Of a DNA stretch of 64,000 nt, positions 40,216 through 51,468 are shown in pieces. The stretch is taken from the NCBI RefSeq assembly GCF_006345805.1, contig NC_042997.1:1178001-1242000 (forward strand), written 5' to 3'. Every line of letters starts with the position of its first letter. Position 1 is the stretch's first letter. A program made the translations under genes and the position numbers. Source of the stretch: Octopus sinensis. Taxonomy: Eukaryota. The notes beneath the pieces are model-generated. The model was not told where the DNA came from. It made no database searches and worked only from the letters and a program-made list of their open reading frames with translations.

Positions 40216-41572
40216 AGCTGTCACATTTATAATCTGAAACATAAAAATGTCAATTAATAAAAGGAAATTGAAACCTTTACAAGTTAGAATAAGCATAAGG
40301 ATTTTATGGGATGTGTATTTACTTCTGTATTTAGAAGGGAAGTCTACACGAAATGTAATCCAGACAATAGGCAGCAAAGAAACTTTGCAGAAATACTGAT
40401 TTCAATTTTGACATAATGCTAGCAATTATACGAAAGTGGTAGTGAATTTCATCTATCTCAGTGCTCAACTGGTACTCATTTTATCGATCCCAAAAGGATG
40501 AAAGACAAAGTTAACCTCGGCAGAACCCAGAAAGCAAAGACGAATAAAATGTCGATAACCACTTTGTCCGGCTTGCTATAGGGTTCAGCTGCTCGCCACC
40601 TTCTTTTGAAAGATTAAATAGAAAATATAGGAACTGCATATTAGGTAAATGATGATAGATACAACGAACAAAAATGTACATTTACTTTGCAGCAAATACT
40701 CAAGAGAAAGCCAAATACGCAATCAATTATAAAACGTTTGTAATATATATCATTGATGTATTATTGAATGTCGAAGTAACAGAATCATTTCCGCATCGGA
40801 TAGGTTGCTTTGTAATATCCTTTCCGTGCGGGATGCGTTCAAATACTAATGTTGTCAATTTCGCGTTTCAAGCTTCCAGCATCAATAAATAGTGAATGAG
40901 TTAAAATCACTGCGCCATAAGTTGACGAGAGACGACTAACAACCTCTATTTCAGTAGTAAAGAAAAATGCTTCGGCTAGAGACGGTCAAACTGTGCCATG
41001 CGAGATCTGTACGGTACGGAAGCCTCGAAGTGCGGACAGAAGTTAAATAATTAGAAAAATATTTAAAACAGATCTAAGTGCAATGCAAACATTAAAATAA
41101 TGTAATATTAATATTGTAGCTTGCATTGTAAATACTTAGAATATAATCAACTGGAATCAAAAGGAATGAATTAGTGGCACTAGAAACGGAGAAAATAGCC
41201 ATAACTTCATTTTGGATATAATTTTCAAAAGTAGAGAGAAAAATGACATAGTTACTTCGAAAGTGAGTGCATGAGCACCTCCAAAACAATAAAATTCACT
41301 GTCAAATATCTTACAAACACTTTTTGAAAAGTATAAAGGGAAACTAATATCAGTAGCAACAAACAGGGACAAAATTATACAATTTTTTGTATTCAAACGT
41401 TGCCTGCATTTGAAGAGGTGGTTCTGTTTGTACCGATCATAAAAGAATAAAAATCAAAGCTGATGGAGTGATTTGAGCTCACACAGCTGAAAATCGGTAT
41501 GAATAACGCAAGCGATACTGTCATTGCCTTACATGTATATGATATAATAAAGTATAATAAAGTATAATATAA

Positions 41573-41963
41573 TCTATAATATAAATTGGACATGGGTGAT
41601 CGTTGTATTCTTTCTTGTCTTGAGGTTCGCAGCCAAACGGATGGGTGGATTCGCGTGAAAAATGGCACACATGTGGAGACAGGGGCATAGATTGGAATGC
41701 AGTTTCTATTTTTTCCTAAACTCATACATCGCGAGAAAATCGATTAAAACTTTTTCTAATGGAATTTCCCTCTTTCTTCTGCCATTACAACAACCAGTTG
41801 GTTAGAAGCTGTTTCCTGACGGGGTGAGGTCAGGAAATTTTCAATCGAAACAGGGGACCCAAAATGATAAGGTTGACAAACGCTGTTATAGACTATGCCT
41901 AACTGAAAACGATCACAGCCACATCATCCAAACAGACCGAGTGAAACCGGGCTTAGCTGCTAG
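41573..41963 (+). mobile_element. Complete non-autonomous Helitron (391 bp)
   Basis: Starts TC (tctataatataaa), ends with hairpin ccgagtgaaaccggg plus CTAG, inserted between A and T with no TSD. Confidence 0.8.
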
Positions 41964-44327
41964 TATGATATAGTATAATATAATATAATACAATATATAT
42001 TCGAGCACAGAAAATCTCTCTCAGTAAGTATGTATACTCTTCTGTGTATATGTACATATGTGTAGGTTATTTAATTTACACTTTGTTTATGTATTCATGT
42101 ACATACCAATACCAAACCTACGGAACATTCAACAGATTTCAACTATTAAACATTGATTTAAATTCAGTATTTAACTGAATGAGGGGTAATACATTTCTCA
42201 TACCTACGTACAATAATCTGAAGAACGTAATATAATAAAGTAATCACTTTTAGAAAGTACTCTGGAGAAATTCATGACGGTTAAACATGTTCTTTACCTT
42301 CGCAAATAAATCAAAAGTATTCGTTCTCATTTACATTATATATGTAAGAAATAAATTTAACCATAAATACTCTTCAGCTGGTTCAATATCGAATTAGGCA
42401 CGCAATATTCTTTCGATGAGTAACAGTAACCGTTTCACCTGTTTCCATGTGTACTTTGTGAAAAGTGCCAACGTTATCCAATCTAACATCCCTTACTTTA
42501 CATAGTTCAACCTTCCAAACTGAATATTTTATAAGATTTATATTTTATTACGCTAATTTGTGTCCATTGCTTAACTTTTCTCAAAGTTTAACCAGTAGTT
42601 TCTAGTAAAAACTGAAGGAATATCCGTATAAGTGCTAATATATCAGACATTAAAAATATTTCCATAATCATGAAGCTAAAAATTACACATTGTAAACTAT
42701 TCTAATGAATAGAACAACTATTTAAACATTCTTCATACTCATATGTTACTACAGCATGTGTAGTACTATATATTTACAATAGAAATAGTGGTTTGTATTC
42801 TGCCATCGGTTTTATATAAATTCATTGTTGCTGATGATACCATGATGTTTCCTCTGTTAGGTCTTAACTTATCCAGCCGACAAAAGTAAAGTGCATATCA
42901 TATGATCTAGCGAAATAGATTTTATTTTTAACGCTGGCAAGTTATTGTGCACACTTTGAAGTAATTTCTTTGATACTTGTTCGATATATTATGTCTAAAT
43001 AATATTAAACCATTGCTCTAGTGTGTGATAAGCACAGGAGTTCACATGTTCTTCTCCTTGTCCTTGATAATATATTCAGTTGATTATGCATATTTCCAAT
43101 AAAAAGACAAGGACACAATAAAACGCTGTTATACGTTCAGGACACACATACAGAGACATATGTATACACTCATTCTCATACATAGATGCTAGTAGTTCTG
43201 TTTATTGTTTTGTAGGTATGTACGTGTGTATATATACATACATATATACATATATACATACACACAAACACACACACACACAAACATATCATGTTACGAC
43301 AAATTGCAAAGCATTGATCTTCGCATATCTTCTCTTGTTTAACAAAAGATGCTTATGATTATATACATTATCGCTCGTTTCACTATTACTGGTTATTATT
43401 CCTATTCCTACATTACAAATATAATAAACGAAACAAATAGTATCAAACAAGTAATAACAACGACAACAAATTCAAACGAAGAAAACCAATTATAATTGTA
43501 TCGATCTGCTGAGTCTGTTGCTAAAGTTGTAGATATGTTCTATCGATTGATCGACGATTAAATGATTTATGTTTTACTGCTGAATGATTACACGTCTATT
43601 TGGTAGTCGAAGGGTACATATTAACAAAACATTGTTTATTGATTTTTGGATTGCGAACAGAGCGAAATTAATGGTGGTCAACTTCTATAATAAACAAAAT
43701 ATATCGTCAATAGTATCTGTAATATACTTCGACATCATACAACCATAATTTATTGATATTTATTTCAGATGTTGTTAACGTTTTCCTGTTGAGGCTTCAT
43801 ACTAGCCTTTACAATCGTCATGCAAACGAAAATTGATAAAATATTAAACATCTAATATTGATATCACTATTGAGATAACTTTTCCGTTACTTCTTTAATT
43901 TCTCTGTTATATAAATATTTGGACATTCGGCATTTGTTGCGTTATAATTATCGGTGTTCTTTAATAAACAGACAACTTTATGAATATCATCGATAGGTTG
44001 AACAGAAAGTCTACTATCAGAAAGAGCATCGACTAATTTATTCGTTTCCAGCCTTGCAAGTCCTATGTTTTTTGTATATATCAACGTCGTCTTCTGTCCA
44101 ATTTACTGCAACCCATGAGTTTATAGATAAACTACATCGACTGATATATGTTAACGTGATCCGTGAATATTTCACGGAATTAATGGAAAACCTATTGGGT
44201 TATTTCTGAAATATTTATCCAAAAATCCCGAAAGCGTAGCATGTGTTGTGTCGGCATGGAAAGATAGTCGCTAATCTACTATTCATTGAAAAGTGAGATA
44301 ATTTGGATTACGATGATTACTTAATGC

Positions 44328-44395
<68 letters not shown>

Positions 44396-44441
44396 TATAT
44401 GAAAGAATGGAGTTGAACGACTAGTTAACAAATATCCTTTA

Positions 44442-44524
44442 TTCTCGACATATGTTTCGAAGGCTGCATATTCCTAATTCCGAAGGAATAAGGAGTACAT
44501 TATGCAGATTTCTCATCAGGAAAA
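44442..44524 (-). ncRNA. Type I hammerhead ribozyme, left arm
   Basis: ttttc-CTGATGA-ga[aat ctgcata..tatgcag cct]tc-GAAA-catatg-TC-gagaa. Confidence 0.8.
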
Positions 44525-45875
44525 TCAAAGTACTTATGTCCACATCAAAATGCACAAAAAACTTTTAGCTGACCGCTCTCAAGGAGCCCATGGCGATAAT
44601 GAGAGTCTCTTTATAATGAGTGACGTCAGAGTGGCTGAATGTAGAAGAATCTAGAAGTTTCTAAAGGTTCAAGAGTTCAAACGAAGTAGGAGGAGGGAGG
44701 CATAAGAATAGTAAGGTGAGAGAGTGCAGGTCAAAAGAATGGTGGGTTTAAATTATTTCTTTTGTGAATGAGTGCCTGTGTGTGAGACTGTATATAACTG
44801 TCTTAATGTGTGTATGTGTGTGTCTGAATGCGTGATTGTGTTTGTGGATGGGTAGATGTCAGAAAACTGACAGCTGTGAGTTGTAAGCTCTGTATCTGTG
44901 TGTTCGATTATGTTTACTGTAGGGAAAGGAAAGTAGATAGCGAAAGGGAGAAAGAATCGGGCGAGGTGAGAGGCAACGCAAGAATGGATAGTAGTAATTG
45001 GGAATATAAGAAAATCTTTTTTGACTATTGGGGTGAAATATAGAAAACATTATTTAAAAAAAAATAAAAAAAAAAAATTGGGGGGTGGGGATCGAGGGGT
45101 TATCTATATTAGTCACTATTTATATGAATGAAAGGTGTGTCTTTTCCAGTGTAAGCACCTGTAGTATCTTTCGACGATTGTGTTTATTAAAAGGCCTTTG
45201 TTCGCCAAAGGCTCTTTAATAAACACAATCGTCGAAAGATCCTACAGGTGCTTACACTGGAAAAGACACACCTTTCATTCATATAAATAGTGACTAATAT
45301 AGATAACCCCTCGATTTCCCCAAAAATTTTATTAAAATTAAAAAAAAAGATTTTTTTCTATATTTCACCCCAATAGTCAAAAAAGATTTTCTTATATTCC
45401 CAATTACTACTATCCATTCTTGCGTTGCCTCTCACCTCGCCCGATTCTTTCTCCCTTACGCTATCTACTTTCTTTTCCCTACAGTAAACATAATCGAACA
45501 CACAGATACAGAGCTTTCAACTCACAGCTGTCAGTTTTCTGACATCTACCATCCACAAACACAATCACGCATTCAGACACACACATACACACATTAAGAC
45601 AGTTATGTACAGTCTCACACACAGGCACTCATCCACAGAAGAAATCATTTAAACCCACCATTCTTTTGACCTGCACTCTCTCACCTTACTATTCTTATGC
45701 CTCCCTCCTTCTACTTCGTTTGAACTCTTGAACCTTTAGAAACTTCTAGATTCTTCTACATTCAGCCACTCTGACGTCACTCATTATAAAGAGACACTCA
45801 TTATCGCCATGGGCTCCTTGAGAGCGGTCAGCTAAAAGTTTTTTGTGCATTTTGATGTCGACATAAGTTCCTTGA

Positions 45876-45958
45876 TTTTCCTGATGAGAAATCTGCATAA
45901 TGTACTCTTTATTCCCTCGGAATTAGGAATATGCAGCCTTCGAAACATATGTCGAGAA
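45876..45958 (+). ncRNA. Type I hammerhead ribozyme, right arm
   Basis: ttttc CTGATGA ga..ctgcata..tatgcag..tc GAAA catatg TC gagaa; palindromic helix III; predicted cut after 45953. Confidence 0.8.
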
Positions 45959-46162
45959 TAAAGGATATTTGTTAACTAGTCGTTCAACTCCATTCTTTCA
46001 TATACTTATAATTTTAAAATAAACATACAAATTTCCGCACGAAGACACGTAGTCTATGCCCTAGGGACGTAGCTTCAACCGTGTTTTTTCTGATGTGAAT
46101 TTTCTACCCAGGTATCGGTTATCTTTCGAATTATCCTTAATAAGATAATTCATTCAATTACT

Positions 46163-46236
<74 letters not shown>

Positions 46237-47459
46237 TCTATATACTTAAGCACAATTCTATAGACTTAATACACGGCACTAATGAAACAAATATTCACTC
46301 TTATTTTTCTATTTCCTCCAGAAAAACAAAAGAATATCCCGTACGTATGATACAACGTTTGGTTAAACGGCATATATCTGCCACGTAAATGAGCGTGAAT
46401 ATTTCACGGACTTGCAATTATGCGAATGCGTCAAGTGATAGGTGATATAAAAAAAACTTTTCAAAAATACCCTTTCCACTGCCCAATCACCGCCAACACC
46501 TCCACAAACAAAAACAACAACATCATCATCTATCTTTCCCCATTCCCTTTCCCTCATCTGACTCGCTCATCTCTCTCCCCTCCTCTCTTTCCCTCCTCTT
46601 TCCCACTCCTCTCTTTCCCTCCACTCTCTCCTTCCTGTCTCTCACCCGCTTCTCTTTCCCCTTTTTCTATCCCTCCTTTCTCTCTCTAACGTCTGTCGCT
46701 CTGTTTCTATTTCCCTTTTTCTATCTCACTCTTCACTTCATCCTCTTTTTTCTGTGTCCCTCTGTCATGGACACTTCTCACACTCTCCTTTCTCCCCGTT
46801 TTCCTCTCTCTCTGTTTTCTTTATTTTCTCTATTTCTCTAGTCCCGTGAAAGCATTACCGACTGGCTATTTAACGCAATGACAAGCAGAATTATTATAAG
46901 ATGTGAATATCGAAGTGATATAGTCTGTACATGTTTCATAAATTCTTTCCTAATTTACCTAACGTTAACCGAAACATTGAACGGATGATAGTGGTAACTC
47001 TATAAAATGAACCTTATCGCAGATCTAATAAAATCATTTCTTCAAGAAATATATTCAGGCCGGCCTTTCAGTTCAATTATAGCGATCACTTGAATAGGTG
47101 CAATAGAAATATGATCTTTAGATATCCAATAGTGCATCTCCTATAAACAGTAAAACAATTAAATTCGAGAATCAGATGTCAATTATGGAAAACGTTTACT
47201 GTGCATATAGTTAAGGTGGGGTGGCAGAAGTATAGTTGCGCGTCAAGGCCAGAGGTTTTCAGAGGAGAGGACTAGTCGATTACATCAACTCAATACTTAT
47301 GAGAATTTGAACTATAGACGCAATCAGATGAAACTCTTCCGTCTGTTTGCGTCCGTTCAAAATGTAAACCAATAAAGACGTTCCCACGCGGTAAACTAGT
47401 TAACTGTTAACAGATTCCTTTCTTTTTAGATGTAACCATTAGTAGCCTTGTTAACTGAT

Positions 47460-47749
47460 ATAATATAGTGGTTAGGGCAGCGGACTCGGCGGTCGTAGGA
47501 TCGCAGTTTCGATTCCCAGACCGAGCGTTGTGAGTGTTTATTGAGCGAAAATACCTTAAAAGCTCCACGAGGCTCCGGCAGGGGGTGGTGAACCCTGCTG
47601 TACTCTTTCACCACTCTTTCTTTCAATCTTTCTTCTGTTGGCCTGCTCGTTTAGTCAGTGGGGTGGCGTCATTCAAAGGCTAAAACAATGCGAACGCATT
47701 GTGACCAGCGATGTGTAACAACATCTGATGGTCTGGTCGGTCACGTGAT

Positions 47750-47757
<8 letters not shown>
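47460..47757 (+). mobile_element. tRNA-derived SINE (family C)
   Basis: Head tagtggttagggcagcggactc..gtttcgattccc (A/B boxes); ends gtcacgtgatcacgtgata before (TA)n. Confidence 0.8.
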
Positions 47758-47809
<52 letters not shown>

Positions 47810-47885
47810 TTGTGTGTGTATGTGTGTGTATGTGTGTGTGTGTGTTTGTGTTTGTGCGTGAGTGTGTGTGTATAGGATATATATA

Positions 47886-48210
47886 TCCTGTAGTTAGTGC
47901 GTTGAGTTTACGATCGTGAGGTTGTGAGATCGAATCCCGGACAGGGCTGCGTGGTTTGTTCTTGAGCAAAACACTTTATTTCACGTTACTCCAGTTCACT
48001 CAGCTGTAGAAATGAGTTGCGACGTCACAGGTGCCAAGCTGTATCGGGCTTTGCCTTTCCCTTGGATAACAGTGATAGCGTGGAAGGGAGAGGCCGGTAT
48101 GCATGGGCGACTGCTGGTCTTCCACAAACAAACTAGTCGGGACTTTTGCCTGGGAAGGTAACTTTCTAGGTGCAATCCCATGGTCAGTCATGACCCAAGG
48201 AGATCTTTGC
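47886..48210 (+). mobile_element. tRNA-derived SINE (family D)
   Basis: gtagttagtgcgttg..gagatcgaatcccgg head; ttgagcaaaacactttatttcacg..ctcagctgtagaaatgag core. Confidence 0.75.
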
Positions 48211-48275
48211 ATATATTGTGTAAGTTTTTGAGCTCGCATAAATTCCATCCACACACCACGAATTATTATTATTAC

Positions 48276-48326
<51 letters not shown>

Positions 48327-48661
48327 ACACACACACACACATATATATATACATATATGTGTGTCTGTGAGCGTGTGTGTGCGCGCGCCTATCTCTAACG
48401 TAAAATAAACCTTGCATATACGCTGTGAAATTTCAATTCCTGATACAAATACACACACACATATATATATATAAATATAAGAGGAAAGACCATGTGGACT
48501 CCTAATATGCTAAATGGAGACCCCATATAGTCTAACCACTCAGAATAATTGTTCTCAAGAAAATTCTGTAAAACGCCAGAACGTAAAGCGAGCAAGACAA
48601 GTGAATTGATACAAAATATAATGATTAGTCACATACCATGATTTTATTGTTACATACGTAA

Positions 48662-49672
48662 ATGTCTGCAAATCCTCAGTATGACCGTCATAGAAAATAT
48701 AATTTTCAGAACTATACACGAAACGTCCCCCCAAGAGAGAACATGCATGTGGTTCTGCACATGATCGTTCCTGTGCGGATTCTTCCTCATCTGCCTTTTC
48801 GGTCCTGGAGGTTCCCCAACCTAATTTGAGGAGCGTAAACTCAAACCCAGATGAAGACCGTTGTTCTCCCAAAAAGCAGAAACGTAGTCAAGACTCCAGT
48901 GGGGCAGATTTAGCTACGAAACCTGCTCACTTTAAAATATGTTTGGATTCTCATTCAATTGTCCTTCCCATTAATGCCATTGCTCAACCAATTCTGAACG
49001 ATCTTGATGTGAGTTCATCTGGGGAGTGGCGCTCCCCCAAACCGAAGAAGAGGCAGTGCAGTTCCAAACCAGGTGGGAAAGTTATGACCACTAAACCCAT
49101 TCCGATCGACCCCAAAGGCCGACATAAGTCTGATGACTATGAAACAACCCTTTCGAAATCATCCAACGAAGAATCGAATGCCGCAGCTCATAGTAGAGAA
49201 AAGAAAGACCATTTTTCCCACTCAAGATCAGCAATAATTTATGGTAAAGCTGAATCCACCTGTGATACAGGCATAAACCGCTTAAAAGAAGACATAAATT
49301 TTGTTTCCGTTTTAGTTGGAGAATTGTTCTCTGTCAACGAAAATGTCAGTATCCATAAGGTCGCTCGGCTAGGAAGATTCCAAGCGAACTCAACCTCAGA
49401 CACTAGACCACGCCCAATAAGAGCAATTTTTTCTTCCGATCAGGAGGCTTCAACCTTTACTGAACAGAGCTCAGATGCATGCCTGGGAGGACCCCAATAT
49501 GGGTTTTCGCGAGGAATACTCACTGAGAGAGAGAATTCGCCGGAGAAACCTAATATCCAAACTGAAGATGAGAAAACAGATGGGAGAGAAGGGTCTACGC
49601 ATCCAAGATGGACAAATAATCAAGTCCTACCTCTGGTCGCATGCTGTAGTGCTGACAGGGAAAGTGAATTGA
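48662..49672 (+). pseudogene. CR1 ORF1 (RNA-binding type), frameshifted
   Basis: The long open frame 48826-~49450 continues after a shift into 49475-49672 (..RERIRRRNLISKLK..GLRIQDGQII). The 5' start (MSANPQ..) is inferred. Confidence 0.6.
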
Positions 49673-49769
49673 GGGCGAATCGAAGTAAAGTAGATACCCC
49701 CGTTAACGATGATATCTCTGATACCCCTTATTCTGCTTGTTCCCCAACTCCCGCCCCTCAAACTTCACA

Positions 49770-51198
49770 GCTCAGCATCGTTTATACCAACTCGTGCTCC
49801 TTATTTCCAGCGAACTATTTACACTAGCCATGCGTGATTCCCCTGATGTGATAGCTATCACTGAGACTTGGCTGACTCCAGCAGTAAAGGACTCAGAAAT
49901 CCACCTACAGAGCTACGCTCTCTTCAGATGTGACAGAGAAAAAAGGCGAGGTGGAGGTGTTGCTGTGTATGTTAAATCTGATCTCAAACCATCCAGCGGT
50001 ATTCTACCCACTAATGATTGAGGACCCTTATCAACAGAGTCAATTATTTGCCGAGGCTGCTTTTTCAACTATTTTCAAACAAGATGATGGTCGTGAACCC
50101 CCTCCATTTGATAGATCGGTACCTCCAATGCTTCGATTGGTCATCACGCGGGACGAAGTCGAACGCGTTATCCAAGGCCTCGATGTCAACAAGGGTCACG
50201 GCCCTAACGGCATACACCCACGGGTTATCAAAGTGTTGGCTCCGGTCACCAGCGAGTCCTTAACACGTCTATTCAATATGTCATTGGCGACAGGTGTTAT
50301 ACCTGTGGACTGGAGAACAGCGATAATCTGCCCAATTTTCAAGAAAGGGAGCCGCGATGATCCGCTTAACAACCGACCGGTTTCCCTTACATCAATAATC
50401 AGCAAGATATTCGAAACCATCCTTAAGAAAAGTATGATGCTCCACCTCCAAAACACAGCCTCTATCTCTGATTTCCAACACGGCTTCGTGCCGAAGAGAT
50501 CGTGCTTGACCAACTTACTGGTAATGGAAGAATTGGTGACGCGCATCCTCGATGATAGTGATGCTGTTGACATCGTTTTATTGGACTTTGCCAAAGCTTT
50601 TGACTCGGTAAACCACCGCCTATTACTTGTCAAGCTTCAAGCATATAGTTTCCATTTGGATGTTGTACGATGGGTTGGTGCCTTCCACTCAGATCGCTCC
50701 TTCCAAGTCCAAGTTAATGATTCGCGGTCCGACGTCTCCAGTGCGAGCAGTGGCGTGCCTCAAGGTTCAGTGCTTGGGTCCTTATTTTTCTTAGTCTTCA
50801 TAAATGACTTGCCCGACGACCTCACGCAACACACCCTTCTATTTGCCGATGATGTCAAACTGGTCGCTCAAGTTATGAAGAAAGGCTGAAAAAAGTTCGA
50901 CCTTTATTCTCTAGAAAAACGACGACGCCGTGGTGATCTCATTCTTGCTCACAACATCATAAGCGGAAAGTGTAACGTCTCGAAAGAGCTGTTCTTCACT
51001 CCCGCTCCAGAGCGTCGGCTGCGGGGTCATTCCGAAAAGCTCTATCTGCGACGATTTCATCTCAATCGAAGGAGAGGGGCTTTCTCCGTCCGGGTTGCGG
51101 ATCCGTGGATTAAGCTGCCAGACGAGATGGTGAAGATGCCGACGACCGCTCGGTTCAAAGTCTCCCTTGACCTCAAATGGCCAGAATTCTTTACATGA
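49770..51198 (+). pseudogene. CR1 ORF2 (APE endonuclease N-terminus, RT, C-terminus) with two internal deletions
   Basis: EN jumps to the pre-RT region at about 50000; RT jumps from FADDVKLVA to YEERLK at about 50870. Confidence 0.85.
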
Positions 51199-51387
51199 AC
51201 ACCACCCTGTACATAACTCCATGTCCCCCTACATAGCCTTGCTTTTTGCTTTTTGAGCCAAAAAATTAACTAACTAACTAACTAACTAAATTATATTTGG
51301 AGATATATTCGTTTTGGCGCGCCGAAGCCGGAAATGATTCTGCAGAAAATAATTATCTGCATCGAAGCTTGCAGATTAGAGAACATG

Positions 51388-51468
<81 letters not shown>

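Larger units (their letters stand above)
44390..46010. repeat. 1.6-kb palindrome (arms about 810 bp, 5-nt loop ttcgc at 45201-45205); head-to-head Penelope-like 3' ends
   Basis: The arms are reverse complements with scattered substitutions and homopolymer indels. Each arm carries an HHR. Confidence 0.95.
48662..51290 (+). mobile_element. CR1-type LINE with ORF1, an internally deleted ORF2 and a (taac)n tail
   Basis: ORF1 IIYGKAES..RLG..RPRPIRAIF; EN AITETWL..RCDR..RGGGVAVYV; RT QHGF, LDFAKAFDSV, GVPQGSVLG, LFADD; C-terminal RRRRGDLI..LRGH..FSVRV; tail at 51267-51288. Confidence 0.92.

Noticed and set aside
43887-44084. 65-aa minus-strand ORF with protein-like composition
   Set aside because: No recognisable motif, a non-ATG start and no good splice acceptor.
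47460-47530. tRNA genes at SINE heads (also 11449, 47886, 61320)
   Set aside because: A/B-box-like motifs, but no complete cloverleaf, and each continues into a SINE body.
48826-49827. 333-aa ORF as a novel host gene
   Set aside because: It is CR1 ORF1 read through a frameshift, directly upstream of the EN/RT.
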